Assembly: GCA_027064425.1 (NCBI GenBank)
Contig: JAMOPO010000015.1
Coordinates: forward strand, 160,001 to 224,000
Origin: Methanobacteriota archaeon
Lineage (GTDB): Archaea > JAADCQ01 > Methanopyri > Methanopyrales > Methanopyraceae
Direction: 5' to 3'
DNA: 64,000 nt
Shown: one piece after another, positions 10,206 through 20,337 of the stretch
How the letters are laid out: each line of letters opens with the position of its first letter
Numbering within the stretch: position 1 is the first letter of the stretch
Translations under genes and position numbers: made by a program
Notes under the pieces: model-generated
What the model saw: the letters and a program-made list of their open reading frames with translations, nothing else
What the model was told of the DNA's origin: nothing
Databases searched by the model: none

Positions 10206-10586
10206 CTACTTCCGCTCGATCCGGATCCGGAAGTCCTTCCTCGTCGCCTCGGACACCTGCTTCAGAATCTTCTTGAGCTGATCCTCGTCTACCTTACCGT
10301 TGAGCTGCCCGGACTGCGCCATCTGGATCAGGTAGTTCTCCACGGTCTGGGCCAGCTGCGGCCGGGCCAGGCGGACCCGGGCCAGCCTCTCTCGTGCCTC
10401 CGGGGTCAGGATCTTGCGCAGAAGCGCCCGACGCTGCGCCTCCTCCAGAGCGCGCCGCTCCTCTTCCTTACGCCGCTCCTCCTCGGACCGACCCTCCTGA
10501 GCCTGCTGGGCCTGAGCCCGACGCTGAAGCTCGAGCATCCTCTTCCTCCGAAGCCGCTCCAGTTCGGGGTCCGTCATGATAAGCAC
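10206..10586 (-). CDS. PDCD5/TFAR19-like DNA-binding protein
   Basis: ELERLRRKRM, ILTPEARERL, VENYLIQMAQSG. Confidence 0.9.
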   Translation of the reverse strand: MLIMTDPELERLRRKRMLELQRRAQAQQAQEGRSEEERRKEEERRALEEAQRRALLRKILTPEARERLARVRLARPQLAQTVENYLIQMAQSGQLNGKVDEDQLKKILKQVSEATRKDFRIRIERK

Positions 10587-10602
10587 CCGCCCGGGCAGAG
10601 GG

Positions 10603-11058
10603 TTAGAGCGGGGACTCGAACTTGTCCGTGTAACCTTTCTCCTTAGCGATTTCGTGCGCGGTCGAGTCCACCAGCGACCGGCCCTCCGGCGTGATCACCC
10701 GGCCCTCGTCCGTCTTCTCCACCAGCCCCGCCTCCTCCAGCTGCTGCAGGATCTTCCGAATGATCGCACCGCTGCCCTTCCGGAACCGCTCCGGCCGCGC
10801 CCCGCGGTCCTGCCGGCCGCCGTAATACGTTCGCAGTCGCTCGACTCCCACCGGGCCGTCGATGTAGATCCGGCGCAGCACGGACGCCGCCCGCATGTAC
10901 CACCAGTCCGGATCCTCCGGCGGGCGCTCCTTGTGCCGCCCTGTCTTCACGTACTTCGCCCACTCCGGTGGCTTGATCTCGTCGTACTCCTTCAGCTTCT
11001 CCGCGAGCCGCTCCACGAGCTCGTGTCCCGGGACCGCGAACGCGTCGTACGCCGGCAC
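10603..11058 (-). CDS. rps19e: 30S ribosomal protein S19e
   Basis: [34 protein letters not shown]. Confidence 0.97.
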   Translation of the reverse strand: MPAYDAFAVPGHELVERLAEKLKEYDEIKPPEWAKYVKTGRHKERPPEDPDWWYMRAASVLRRIYIDGPVGVERLRTYYGGRQDRGARPERFRKGSGAIIRKILQQLEEAGLVEKTDEGRVITPEGRSLVDSTAHEIAKEKGYTDKFESPL

Positions 11059-11104
11059 GGACCCGACACCCCCGCGTCGGCGCGCCCGGCCGCGTTAATT
11101 TGGT

Positions 11105-11437
11105 TTACCGGGAGAAGCGCTCCAGGTACCGCTTCCAGCCCTGCCGCGGTCGGAAGAGGACGGCCGTGCGGCCCCGAACGTCGATCAGCTCCGCGTTCAC
11201 CTTCTTGGCGAGCTCCACCGCCAGCTCCTTTCGGTCGTACTTACGCAGGATGTTTCGCTCGAAGCGGACCTTGATCAGCTCCCGCTCCTCCAGCTGCCGG
11301 TCCACCTCCTCGATGACCCCCGACGTCAGCCCGCGCTTCCCGATCCTTACCACCGGGTCCAGCATCACTCCCTTGGCCCGCAGGCGGCGACGCTCCTTGC
11401 CCGGGAGGCGCTTAACCTCCGGAGGATACTTGGTCAC
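11105..11437 (-). CDS. CRM-domain (YhbY) RNA-binding protein
   Basis: PVVRIGKRGL, ELIKVRF, VRGRTAVLFR. Confidence 0.9.
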   Translation of the reverse strand: MTKYPPEVKRLPGKERRRLRAKGVMLDPVVRIGKRGLTSGVIEEVDRQLEERELIKVRFERNILRKYDRKELAVELAKKVNAELIDVRGRTAVLFRPRQGWKRYLERFSR

Positions 11438-11795
11438 GACGACCCTCCCCCTCCCGCCGCTCCGCGCGGCGACGCCGTCGCTCTTTCACCTCCCGTAAAT
11501 ACGGATACCTGTATATGTACCCACACTCGAGGCACGTGACCGACACGTGCGGCATCCGGTTCTGCCGCAGCCGGACCCGGGCGGTGACACCGGGGATCAA
11601 CGGGGTGTAACAGCGCTTGCAGAAGCTCCTTCGGAGGTGCTTGGGCAGCCTCACGCGGGCCTTCATCGCGATCCTCCTGGCCAGCTCCACGTACCTGCGG
11701 GCGCGGTCCGGGTTCTCCTCGTACACCTCCCTGGCGAGGTTCAACAGCCTCTCCACGCGCTCCAGCGCGATCCTCCTGATCTCACCCCTCCTCAT
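11412..11795 (-). CDS. rnp4: RNase P protein component 4 (Rpp21)
   Basis: IALERVERL, RRSFCKRC, TCLECG. Confidence 0.93.
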   Translation of the reverse strand: MRRGEIRRIALERVERLLNLAREVYEENPDRARRYVELARRIAMKARVRLPKHLRRSFCKRCYTPLIPGVTARVRLRQNRMPHVSVTCLECGYIYRYPYLREVKERRRRRAERREGEGRRDQVSSGG

Positions 11796-11829
11796 ATCAC
11801 TCCCACCTACCCCGGTCTCGGCCCAGTCG

Positions 11830-12846
11830 GTGCACGTTCACCCCACCGACGTCCTAGCCCGGTTCGACGGCACCCCGCTGACCCCCGCCACGGTCGACGT
11901 GAAACTCCCGGCAAGCCCGTCCCAGTCCCACCAGCCCGGGCTGAGCGCCGTGGGGTACTGGGTGGAGGGCGTCTTCGTGGGCAGGCCCGCGGGCTCCCGG
12001 GATCTCATCCTGATTAAAACGCCCAGGGCGCAGCGCGTCGAGCGCCGCCCGGGCCCGCTTCCCCTGCTCCTACCGCCGCTGGACCCGGCCCGGCACCCGA
12101 CCGAGGTCCTCCTCTGCTTGCCCGTCCGCAAAAAGGTCCTCGTCAGGCCCGCGCTGGCCGAGATCGTGCTCTCGGGATCGGACTGGACGACCCAGCTCCG
12201 AGTGACCGGAGTCACGCTGTTCGAGGGCGGGGAGACCGTGAGCGTCACTTACGTCCCCGACGAGAGCGTGGCGACGCTTACGTTCGAGGGTCTGCTCCCG
12301 AGGCCCCGTAAGGCGGCCGACAGCGTCGTGAGGTTCCTCTCCACCTGGGTCTGGCCCCGGGTCGTGAACGGGCTCATCGGGTCGATTCAGAGGGCGCTGG
12401 AGTCCAGGCTGGGGAGGGACGTCGTCGCGGCCCTCACGCCGTACCTCAACCTTCTGTTCACCGCCGTCAGGGCCGCCCTGGACAGGATCTGGGAGGCCTG
12501 CCTGGCGGACGCCGTCAAGGTGCTGGTGGAGGAGGCGGTGAGGGGGCTGGACGAGGCCCTCAAGGCGGTTTTCGCGGCCCTGTACCCCGACCGCGTGGAC
12601 CGGACCGCGCTCGAGGACCGCGAGCGCGTCTTCAAGGACCACGCCTACGGGCTGGTCGCGGGATGGCTTTCCTCCGAGCTCAGGGCGGGGTTCTACGACG
12701 CGCTCCGATCTCTGGCTCGATCGATCGAGCGGCGGACGGGGATCACGGTCCCGGAGGAGAGCGTTGAGGGGCTCGCCGGGGCCCTCTGGCGGCCGCTGGA
12801 GGTGCTGCTTAAGCTCCTGGCGCTGGACCTGATGGCGGGGTCGTGA
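11830..12846 (+). CDS. Hypothetical lineage-specific protein (start uncertain)
   Basis: Long ORF with genome-like codon usage, ending 3 nt before the maturation protease gene; GTG 11830 chosen to avoid antisense overlap with rnp4. Confidence 0.55.
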   Translation: MHVHPTDVLARFDGTPLTPATVDVKLPASPSQSHQPGLSAVGYWVEGVFVGRPAGSRDLILIKTPRAQRVERRPGPLPLLLPPLDPARHPTEVLLCLPVRKKVLVRPALAEIVLSGSDWTTQLRVTGVTLFEGGETVSVTYVPDESVATLTFEGLLPRPRKAADSVVRFLSTWVWPRVVNGLIGSIQRALESRLGRDVVAALTPYLNLLFTAVRAALDRIWEACLADAVKVLVEEAVRGLDEALKAVFAALYPDRVDRTALEDRERVFKDHAYGLVAGWLSSELRAGFYDALRSLARSIERRTGITVPEESVEGLAGALWRPLEVLLKLLALDLMAGS

Positions 12847-12849
12847 GCG

Positions 12850-13359
12850 ATGCTGAGCTTCCTGAAGAAGCGGGTCCTGATCGTTGGGTGCGGGAACGAG
12901 CTCTTCGGCGATGACGGGTTCGGACCGGCCGTCGTCCGGGAGATCGAGCGACGAGGCTGGTCGCACCCGGACGCCGAGGTCATCGACGCCGGGGCCGGCG
13001 CCCCGCAGAACGTGTTCTCGCTGATCGACGAGGACTCTCGGGTCGAGTTCATCGTCGTCGTGGACGCCGTGGACGTGGGCGAGGAGCCCGGGACGCTCCT
13101 CGAGTTCGGTCCCGAGGATCTGGATCCCGAGGCCCGGATTATTCCGGTCGACGCGCACGGGTGGAGCGTGGAGGCCGCCCTGCTCGAGCTGCACGAGCGG
13201 GTCGGGGTCGAGTTCCGGATCGTGGGGTGCCAGGTGAAGGAGCTGCCGATCCCCGAGATAAAGCCCGGAATGTCCGAGCCCGTGCGCCGCGCCGTGCCCC
13301 GGGCGGCGGACCGGGCCATAGAGCTGGCGGAAAGCTACCTCTCCCGCGAGACCTCGTAG
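12850..13359 (+). CDS. Hydrogenase maturation protease (FrhD-like)
   Basis: GCGNELFGDDGFG, VIDAG, VVDAVD, DAH motifs. Confidence 0.88.
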   Translation: MLSFLKKRVLIVGCGNELFGDDGFGPAVVREIERRGWSHPDAEVIDAGAGAPQNVFSLIDEDSRVEFIVVVDAVDVGEEPGTLLEFGPEDLDPEARIIPVDAHGWSVEAALLELHERVGVEFRIVGCQVKELPIPEIKPGMSEPVRRAVPRAADRAIELAESYLSRETS

Positions 13360-13784
13360 ACCGCGTCCCGGTAGGACACCTCGAGGCTTCGCGCGCCGGT
13401 CGAGCAGGCCCTAACGCACTCCCCACACCCCAGGCAGGTGTCGTCGGGGGCGGGGCAGGCCTCCGCGCACCGCCCGCAGGAGACGCACCGCGCGTCGTCC
13501 ACCCGGACCCGGGCCTCGACCTTGTCCTTCACCAGCCACCTCAGCACCTCCGACGCCACCTCCCGGCCCAGCTCCTCCTCCAACAGTGGCCAGAGCCCGA
13601 ACGGCGGTGACCTACGGAGCACCCGCTCCGCCGCAGCCCTGGCGCGCTCGCTCGGGTAGTCTCCGCGGAGGTAATGGGAGACCGTGGAGACGTCCACGCC
13701 CAGCCTCTCTGCGACCTCGGTCAGCGGCATCTCACGCGACATCTTCTCGGCGGCCAACGCCCTCAGCGCGGCGGCCAGCCGCAC
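13335..13784 (-). CDS. HTH protein fused to a 2[4Fe-4S] ferredoxin domain
   Basis: EVAERLGVDVSTVSHYL HTH; CVSCGRCAEACP and CLGCGECVRAC. Confidence 0.8.
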   Translation of the reverse strand: MRLAAALRALAAEKMSREMPLTEVAERLGVDVSTVSHYLRGDYPSERARAAAERVLRRSPPFGLWPLLEEELGREVASEVLRWLVKDKVEARVRVDDARCVSCGRCAEACPAPDDTCLGCGECVRACSTGARSLEVSYRDAVYEVSRER

Positions 13785-13796
13785 CCGAGGGCCCCC

Positions 13797-15338
13797 TTAC
13801 CTCCCCACCACCTGGAGTCTCTTCAGGGCCCTAATCAACCCGACAGCACCGACGCGATCGGCCCCACGCTCTAAGATCCTCCACTCCAGGTCACTGACGC
13901 CGCCCAGCGCGATCACGAGCAGCGCGTAGACCGCCGAGCCCGCCGTGAGGCCCGCCAGGAGCTTGAGCACCAGCCACGGGACCGTCTCCTCGAGCCACCG
14001 CGCGACCACCCAGGCTACGGCCCCCGCGAGCACCGGGACCATGAGCCACCGGAACCGGAGCTCCACCGGCGCGTTGACCAGCACCGCCCTCACGGCCAAG
14101 ATCATGGCTAGCCAGTTGGAGATCGCGGTGGCGAGGGAGGCCCCGAAGATGCCGAGGCGCGGGACGAGCAGGACGTTCAGCCCCACGTTCAGGGCCAGGG
14201 ACAGCGAGAGGATGAAGAGCGGGTGTCGCTCCTTCCCGATCCCCTGCAGCAGGCTCGCGCAGCTGCGGAAGATCACGATGAACGCCATCGCCGTGGGCAG
14301 GACGTAGAGCGCCTGCGCGCCCGGCCGGAACGGCGCCCCGAAGAAGAGCACGATCAGGGGCTCGGCCAGCGCCCCGGTGAGCGCGGCCACCGGTACGAGG
14401 AGCGTCCACATGGTCTTGACGGAGACGTGGGCGTACTGCCGCAGCGTCCTCTCGTCCCGGAGCGCCTCGGCCTCGGAGGCCGCGGGCAGGAGCGCCGTTG
14501 CGACGGCGGCGCACAGGGTCGTGGGGAGCCGGGCGATGGGCCCCGCCGCGTCGTAGAACCCAACCCACAGCGTGCCCAGAAAGTAACCGATCGCGAGCAG
14601 GTCCACGTTGGACTGGATCATGTCGGCGATCCCGGTCAGGGCGACGGGCAGGCCGAAGGTCAGCGCCTCCCGGGCGACGCGGGTCGGCGGCAGCGGCTCC
14701 CCCTTCTCCGGGACGTTCGGTAGGTGCTTCCGCCTCAGCTCGACCGCGCCGTAGGCGCCGGAGGTGATGTACGCGAGCGCGGCCGAAGCGAACACGGCGC
14801 CCGCGGGCCCGTACCCCGCGAGAATCAGCGCCGGGGCACCGCCCACCCGGGTACCCTGCTCCACGAACTGCGTCATCACGTACCCTCGCATGTCCTGAAA
14901 GCCCTGGAAGGCGCCCCGGACGCACGAGGCGAACGCCGCGAACGGCAGGCCGACGGCCGTGAGCACCAGCGGCCAGTACAGCCGCGGGTTGTGAAAGTAC
15001 CAGTTCGCCAGGTACGGGGCGAGAAGCGCGAGGATGGTGGCGGTCAGGGCAGAGATGGCGACCAGGGCGAGGGTGGGGACGCCGATGAACTGCCGGACCT
15101 TGACCCCGTCTCCCAGGGCCTGGTACCGGGACACGTATCTCGCGATCGCGGGCGGGACGCCGAACGTGGCCAGGAACATCACGATCGTCTGAACGACCAT
15201 CGTGGCCGAGACGATCCCGTAACCGTCGGGGCCGAGCAGGCGGCCCACCAGCAGCCGGTAAACGTAGCCACCCAGGCGCAGGACGAGGGAGCCGACGAAG
15301 ACCGTCAGACTGCCCTTAACGAGTCGGAGGAGGGACAA
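13797..15338 (-). CDS. MOP/Wzx-type flippase (polysaccharide export)
   Basis: Many TM segments; RLLGPDGYG, FQGFQDM, VGFYDAA, LVPRLGIFGASLAT. Confidence 0.85.
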   Translation of the reverse strand: MSLLRLVKGSLTVFVGSLVLRLGGYVYRLLVGRLLGPDGYGIVSATMVVQTIVMFLATFGVPPAIARYVSRYQALGDGVKVRQFIGVPTLALVAISALTATILALLAPYLANWYFHNPRLYWPLVLTAVGLPFAAFASCVRGAFQGFQDMRGYVMTQFVEQGTRVGGAPALILAGYGPAGAVFASAALAYITSGAYGAVELRRKHLPNVPEKGEPLPPTRVAREALTFGLPVALTGIADMIQSNVDLLAIGYFLGTLWVGFYDAAGPIARLPTTLCAAVATALLPAASEAEALRDERTLRQYAHVSVKTMWTLLVPVAALTGALAEPLIVLFFGAPFRPGAQALYVLPTAMAFIVIFRSCASLLQGIGKERHPLFILSLSLALNVGLNVLLVPRLGIFGASLATAISNWLAMILAVRAVLVNAPVELRFRWLMVPVLAGAVAWVVARWLEETVPWLVLKLLAGLTAGSAVYALLVIALGGVSDLEWRILERGADRVGAVGLIRALKRLQVVGR

Positions 15339-15350
15339 CGGGGCACCCCG

Positions 15351-16247
15351 TCACTCCTCGTCCTCGTACACTGGCGTGCCCTCCTTCCGCGTCAGCTCCC
15401 GGAACGCCTCCATGATCTTCCTCGTGATCGGGCCCGGGCACTCCTCACCGATCTTCCGACCGTCCACCTTCCTCACCGGTGCCACCTCCGCCGCCGTCCC
15501 CGTCAGGAACACCTCGTCCGCCGAGTACAGCTCCCCCAGCGTGATCCTCTTCTCCTCCACCGGAATCCCCAGCTCCTCGCACAGCTCCATCACCGTCGCC
15601 CGCGTAATCCCGCGCAGAATCGTGTCCTCCGGCGGCGTGTAGACCACGCCGTCCTCCACCACGAACACGTTGTCACCCGTGCCCTCGCACACGTACCCCT
15701 CGTGGTCCAGCATGATCGCCTCGTCCGCGCCCGCCAGGTTCGCCTGGATCTTCGCCAGGATGTTGTTCAGGTAGTTGCAGGACTTGATCTTCGGATCCAG
15801 CGCGTCCGGCGGAATCCGCCGCACCGAGGCCGTGATCACCTCGATCCCCTTCTCGTACAGGTCCCCGTACAGCGGTTCCATCGGCTCCGCGATGATCACG
15901 ACCGTCGGCTCCTCGCACTTTTCCGGGTCCAGTCCCAGGTCACCCTCGCCCCGCGAAACCACCACCCGGATGTACGCGTCCCGGAGCTCGTTCGCCCGCA
16001 CCGTCTCGATGATCGCCTCCTTCATCTCCTCTTTGCTCATCGGAATGTCCAGCATGATCGCCTTCGCCGAGTCGTACAGCCGGTCCACGTGCTCATCCAG
16101 CTTGAAGATCCGGCCGTCGTACGCCCGGATCCCCTCGAACACACCGTCCCCGTACAGGAACCCGTGATCGTAGACGGAGACCTTGGCCTCCTCCCGCGGC
16201 ACAAGCTTGCCGTTCAGGTAGATGAGCTGCTCGCGCTTCTCGGACAA
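15351..16247 (-). CDS. ilvE: Branched-chain amino acid aminotransferase
   Basis: [32 protein letters not shown]; TTG start at 16247. Confidence 0.95.
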   Translation of the reverse strand: MSEKREQLIYLNGKLVPREEAKVSVYDHGFLYGDGVFEGIRAYDGRIFKLDEHVDRLYDSAKAIMLDIPMSKEEMKEAIIETVRANELRDAYIRVVVSRGEGDLGLDPEKCEEPTVVIIAEPMEPLYGDLYEKGIEVITASVRRIPPDALDPKIKSCNYLNNILAKIQANLAGADEAIMLDHEGYVCEGTGDNVFVVEDGVVYTPPEDTILRGITRATVMELCEELGIPVEEKRITLGELYSADEVFLTGTAAEVAPVRKVDGRKIGEECPGPITRKIMEAFRELTRKEGTPVYEDEE

Positions 16248-16342
16248 CCCGCAACCCCCGGCCGCTGCCCGACTAGCGGGCGTTAAAACACTCTCCCTTC
16301 GCCTCCGCCCGGGAGCCGTCGACCCGCCGGGGTGGGGCGGCA

Positions 16343-17785
16343 ATGATTCAGTACATCATCCTTGAGCACGTCCTCGGCGCCGTCATCTCGATGGTGATCG
16401 AGGAGTACGTGGCGGACCTCGCAGCCCGGCGCTACGTCCGGCAGATGGCGGAGCGCGTCGTCAGAGAGATCATCCGTGAGGCGAGGAGGCGAGAGATCGG
16501 ACTCACCGACCTGTTCAAGTCCACCGGTTGGATCGTGGAGGAGGCGACCGAGCGGATCACGGAAATGCTCAGGTCCGTCGGGGTCTCGGGCGAGGACGTC
16601 GAGGAAGGCATCCGACGCCAAATCTCGGACAAGCTGTCCCTCTACGAGGTCGCGAAGGAGGGGCTCCGGACGCTCGTCTCCGAGGTGCTCGGCGGCAGCG
16701 AGGACGAGGAGAATCTCGAGTTCTACGAGTACTCCGAGAAGGTCCTGGATCGACTGATCGACGAGGCCAGCGAGTTCGTCTACCTCGCCAGCCCGTGGGT
16801 TTCCAACCCGGACAGGCTGGTAGAGGAGGGTGTTCGGAGCCTCCCGGACCTACCGGAGCGTGACCTGGAGCTCTTCCTGCTCGTGGCCGCCGACGAGAAC
16901 GAGCCAGAGACGCTGAGGGAGTGGGCGCGCTTGGGCTTCGAAGTCCGGGAGGCTGAGGGTCGAGGGGGAGGGCTAGGGATCCACTGCAAGATCTACGCCA
17001 ACGAGCGGGTGGCGCTCAGCGCCAGCTGGAACCTCACCGTCAGCAGCCTCAAGCGCCTGAGGGCTATGCGCGAGGTCCACACGGTGAATATAAAGAAGGA
17101 CGAGTGCGGCACGTGCAGCGCGAACTACGAGCAGCTGCTGACGGAGTTCTCAACGCGTTGGTCCGAGGCCAAGCAGCGTTATTTCCGCGACGAAGGGGAG
17201 AAGGGCCCCGCGATTCTCGAGGTGCACTGGGGCGACGACCGGCCGGAGCGGGTCGTGATCTACCGCGAGAACGGCGAGCGCTGGTTCACGGTCGAGCTGG
17301 GCGAAGACCACGAGGGGTTCGTGTTCAACGGTCGCGCCTACCGATACGACCCGGAGTACCGAGGGTTCGTTCCACTCGTGTTCGAGGACCGGGACCTCGC
17401 ATCCCGGGTCCTGCTACCCTTCGTCGGGGTCAGGCTGCGGGGCGTACGACCCGACCGACTCGACGTCGTCCGACACGACGTGACGTGGGAGGAAGGCCAG
17501 GCGGAGCGCGTGCGAGAGCTCACCGACGCGTGCTACGATCGGGCTCTCGTCGTGTGGGGTCTCGACCCCGACCCTGAGGAGGACTTCTACGTCGCGGGCG
17601 GGGGCAAGGCGCTCGCGGTCCGATGCCAACGACGCGGGGACGAGCTAATCGTGGATCGTGTGGACGTGATCGAGCCCGGTAACCCGCCAGGCTGGGCCTC
17701 GGGCCGACGGCTCGTGGACTTGGGCTGGCTGTACGATCCCGACACCGGGTACGGCACGCCCGCCCTGTTCTTCTACCCGGACTAA
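16343..17785 (+). CDS. Phospholipase D-like (single HxK motif) domain protein
   Basis: FVYLASPW and [20 protein letters not shown]. Confidence 0.65.
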   Translation: MIQYIILEHVLGAVISMVIEEYVADLAARRYVRQMAERVVREIIREARRREIGLTDLFKSTGWIVEEATERITEMLRSVGVSGEDVEEGIRRQISDKLSLYEVAKEGLRTLVSEVLGGSEDEENLEFYEYSEKVLDRLIDEASEFVYLASPWVSNPDRLVEEGVRSLPDLPERDLELFLLVAADENEPETLREWARLGFEVREAEGRGGGLGIHCKIYANERVALSASWNLTVSSLKRLRAMREVHTVNIKKDECGTCSANYEQLLTEFSTRWSEAKQRYFRDEGEKGPAILEVHWGDDRPERVVIYRENGERWFTVELGEDHEGFVFNGRAYRYDPEYRGFVPLVFEDRDLASRVLLPFVGVRLRGVRPDRLDVVRHDVTWEEGQAERVRELTDACYDRALVVWGLDPDPEEDFYVAGGGKALAVRCQRRGDELIVDRVDVIEPGNPPGWASGRRLVDLGWLYDPDTGYGTPALFFYPD

Positions 17786-19131
17786 CCTCCCCGCAGCTTC
17801 GCCACGAAGAACCCCGCGGTGTCGTGCCGGAACGGCCAGTACCGGCGCACCTTGTCGTACCCGGAGAACCGCTCCCCGCGGAACTCCTTGAGGCCCGGGG
17901 AGCCGGGTACCCCCGCGTCGACCAGCTTGACGTTGTACTCCTCCAGCGCCCGCTTCACGATCGCCTCGTTCTCCTCCCAGGACACCGCACACGTGGAGTA
18001 GACCAGCGTGCACCCGTGCTCCTCCGCGATTCTCAGCGCCGGCTCCAGGATGTTCCACTCCCGTCGGGCGAACTTCTCCAACGGCTTCGGCTTCCACCGG
18101 CTGTCCGGGTTCCGGTTCCACACGCCCGTCGTCGAGCAGGGCGGGTCCACGAGGATGCGGTCCGGCACCTCCGGCAGGTCGTCCGGGGACAGTCCACGGG
18201 CGTCCCGGCAGACGGTCTCCACGCAGGTGATGCCCAGCCGACGGCACCGTCGCCGGAGGACCTCCAGCCCGCGCTCGGAGACGTCGATCGAGATGATCGT
18301 CCCCTCGTCCAGCATCTGCTCCGCCATGTGCGTCGTCTTGCTGCCCGGGGCCGCGCACACGTCCAGCACGACCTCCCCCGGCTCGGGCGAGAGCGCCGCC
18401 GACGCGCACGCCGAGGCCAGGTCCTGAACGTCGAACAGCCCCTCCCGCCAGGCCTTCGAGCCGTACCCGCGCCCCTTGACCAGGACCTTGACCTCCTCCA
18501 GGAACGTTGGTTCCACGACGATCCCGTACTCCCGGCGCAGGACCTCCTCCCCGGTCAGCGGGTCCAGCTGAAGCCGATTAATGCGCAGGTACTGCGGCGG
18601 GATCCGGTTGTTCGCCCGAAGCAGCCGTTCCACCCGCTCCCGGTCCCCGTCGAACAGGTCCAGCGCGTAGAGCACGAACCACTCCGGGTGCCCGTACCGG
18701 AGCGCGAGCCGCTCCGTCCAGGGCCGGTCCTCGAGCACCTCCTCGACCGAGACGCGCTCCACGCCCCGGAGCACGGCGTTTACAAAGTCGCCCGCGCGCT
18801 CCCCCACCAGCCGCTTCGCGATCCGCACCATGCAGTCCGTCACCGCGGGCGCGGGGTTGCCCCACAGCTTCATCTCCAGCGTGCCGACCCGGACGATCTG
18901 CTTGACGTACGGGGAGCGGATCCGCTCCGGTTCCGCCTCCGACCCCGCCCGGATCAGCTCGTCCAGCAGGTTCCGATGCTTTATAGTCTCGTAGACGAAG
19001 GCCTGGACCGACCGGCGCACCTCCCTCGGCCGGTCCCCGCAGACCCGCTCCACCGCCTCCGGGATCGGCACGCCCCGCGTCTCGATCAGCACCAGCGCCC
19101 GGACAGCCAGCAGTTGGTTCTCCAACACCAA
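17782..19131 (-). CDS. NusB-RsmB/NOP2 family RNA m5C methyltransferase
   Basis: FVNAVLR, VQDLAS, LDVCAAPGSKT, DPPCS, YSTC; start near 19125-19131. Confidence 0.9.
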   Translation of the reverse strand: MVLENQLLAVRALVLIETRGVPIPEAVERVCGDRPREVRRSVQAFVYETIKHRNLLDELIRAGSEAEPERIRSPYVKQIVRVGTLEMKLWGNPAPAVTDCMVRIAKRLVGERAGDFVNAVLRGVERVSVEEVLEDRPWTERLALRYGHPEWFVLYALDLFDGDRERVERLLRANNRIPPQYLRINRLQLDPLTGEEVLRREYGIVVEPTFLEEVKVLVKGRGYGSKAWREGLFDVQDLASACASAALSPEPGEVVLDVCAAPGSKTTHMAEQMLDEGTIISIDVSERGLEVLRRRCRRLGITCVETVCRDARGLSPDDLPEVPDRILVDPPCSTTGVWNRNPDSRWKPKPLEKFARREWNILEPALRIAEEHGCTLVYSTCAVSWEENEAIVKRALEEYNVKLVDAGVPGSPGLKEFRGERFSGYDKVRRYWPFRHDTAGFFVAKLRGG

Positions 19132-19141
19132 CCGCCCCTGG

Positions 19142-19897
19142 GTGGTGGTTCCCGTGGAGGTGATCAAGGTCGGCGGGGAGGTCCTGGATCGGGTCGACCG
19201 CCTCGCCGAGGCCCTCCGGGACGAGACCATCCTCGTGCACGGCGGCGGGCCCGAGGTCTCCCGGGTCATGGAGGAGCTCGGGCTCGAGCCCAAGTTCGTG
19301 AGGGGACTTCGGGTCACCGACGAGGAGACCCTACGCGTGGTGACCATGGTGCTCGCCGGCTCCATCAACAAGCGCCTCGTCGCCGGGCTCCGCGCGCACG
19401 GGATCGACGCGGTCGGCCTCTCCGGGGTGGACGGTGGCCTCCTCCTCGCCGAGAAGCGGGTCGAGCGCGTGGACGGAGAGGAGGTCGACCTGGGCTACGT
19501 GGGCGACGTGAAGGCCGTGAACGTCCGCCTGCTCCGCTCGCTCCTCGAGGACGGTCGCGTGCCCGTGGTCGCCCCGCTCGGCGTGGACGAGCGCGGCACC
19601 ATTTACAACATCAACGCCGACACCGCCGCCGGCGCCATCGCCGCGGAGGCCGAGGCGGACCGGCTCGTGCTCCTCACCGACGTCCCCGGCGTGCTGGAGG
19701 ACGTGGACGACCCCAACAGCGTGATCGATCGCCTGACGCCTGAAGAGGCGCGCGACCTCCAGCGCGAGGGTGTGATTAAGGGGGGCATGATCCCCAAGGT
19801 CGAAGCCGCGCTACGGGCGGTGGAGGGAGGATGTCGGGAGGCGATCGTGACGAACTTGTCCGGGCTGTTGAACGGCGAGGGGACAGTCATAAGATAG
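19142..19897 (+). CDS. argB: Acetylglutamate kinase
   Basis: IKVGG, VHGGGP, GLRVTD, NINAD, GGMIPKV. Confidence 0.93.
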   Translation: MVVPVEVIKVGGEVLDRVDRLAEALRDETILVHGGGPEVSRVMEELGLEPKFVRGLRVTDEETLRVVTMVLAGSINKRLVAGLRAHGIDAVGLSGVDGGLLLAEKRVERVDGEEVDLGYVGDVKAVNVRLLRSLLEDGRVPVVAPLGVDERGTIYNINADTAAGAIAAEAEADRLVLLTDVPGVLEDVDDPNSVIDRLTPEEARDLQREGVIKGGMIPKVEAALRAVEGGCREAIVTNLSGLLNGEGTVIR

Positions 19898-20142
19898 CCC
19901 GGCGCCTCCTCGACCGGCTGGACCAGTACCTCCGCACCCTCCCCGACCTCATCGAGCGCGCCGAGCCGGTGACCCTCGAGGGAGAGGAGCTCCTCGACCT
20001 CGCCGAGCGGTACTACCACGACGGTCGGTACTACCTCGCCCACGACCAGCCCGTCGAGGCCTTCGCCTGCCTCTCCTACGCCTGGGCCCTCCTCAAGGCG
20101 GGGAAGGAGGCGGGGATGCTCGAGCTGGAAGGAGAGGTATGA
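19831..20142 (+). CDS. DUF357-like small archaeal protein (start uncertain)
   Basis: AERYYHDGRYY...AFACLSYAWALLKAG. Confidence 0.7.
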   Translation: MSGGDRDELVRAVERRGDSHKIARRLLDRLDQYLRTLPDLIERAEPVTLEGEELLDLAERYYHDGRYYLAHDQPVEAFACLSYAWALLKAGKEAGMLELEGEV

Positions 20143-20191
20143 TGACTGTCATCCCGGCCGACGGAACGGATGACGAGGACCACCCGGCCGA
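20139..20191 (+). ncRNA. C/D box sRNA candidate
   Basis: C ATGATGA, 12-nt guide, D' CCGA, C' GGATGA, guide, D CCGA; the C box overlaps the upstream stop codon. Confidence 0.6.
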
Positions 20192-20204
20192 CCCGCCGAC
20201 CCAT

Positions 20205-20228
20205 ATCGTTACGAACCTCGTAACGATT
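20205..20228 (-). repeat. tRNA-trailer dyad element, copy 1 (AATCGTTACGAGGTTCGTAACGAT)
   Basis: Perfect 10-bp inverted repeat 5 nt after the tRNA-Gly CCA; homologous to three other copies. Confidence 0.85.
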
Positions 20229-20233
20229 CCGGG

Positions 20234-20309
20234 TGGTGCGGCCGCCGGGATTTGAACCCGGGCCACGGGCTCGGCAGGCCCGCGTCCTACCAGACTAGAC
20301 TGCGGCCGC
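20234..20309 (-). tRNA. tRNA-Gly(GCC), C at position 8, encoded CCA
   Basis: GCGGCCG-C-A...CGGGC CT GCC GA GCCCG...GGTTCAAATCC...ACCA cloverleaf. Confidence 0.97.
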
Positions 20310-20337
20310 GCCTCCAGGCACGCGCACTCCAACCCGA

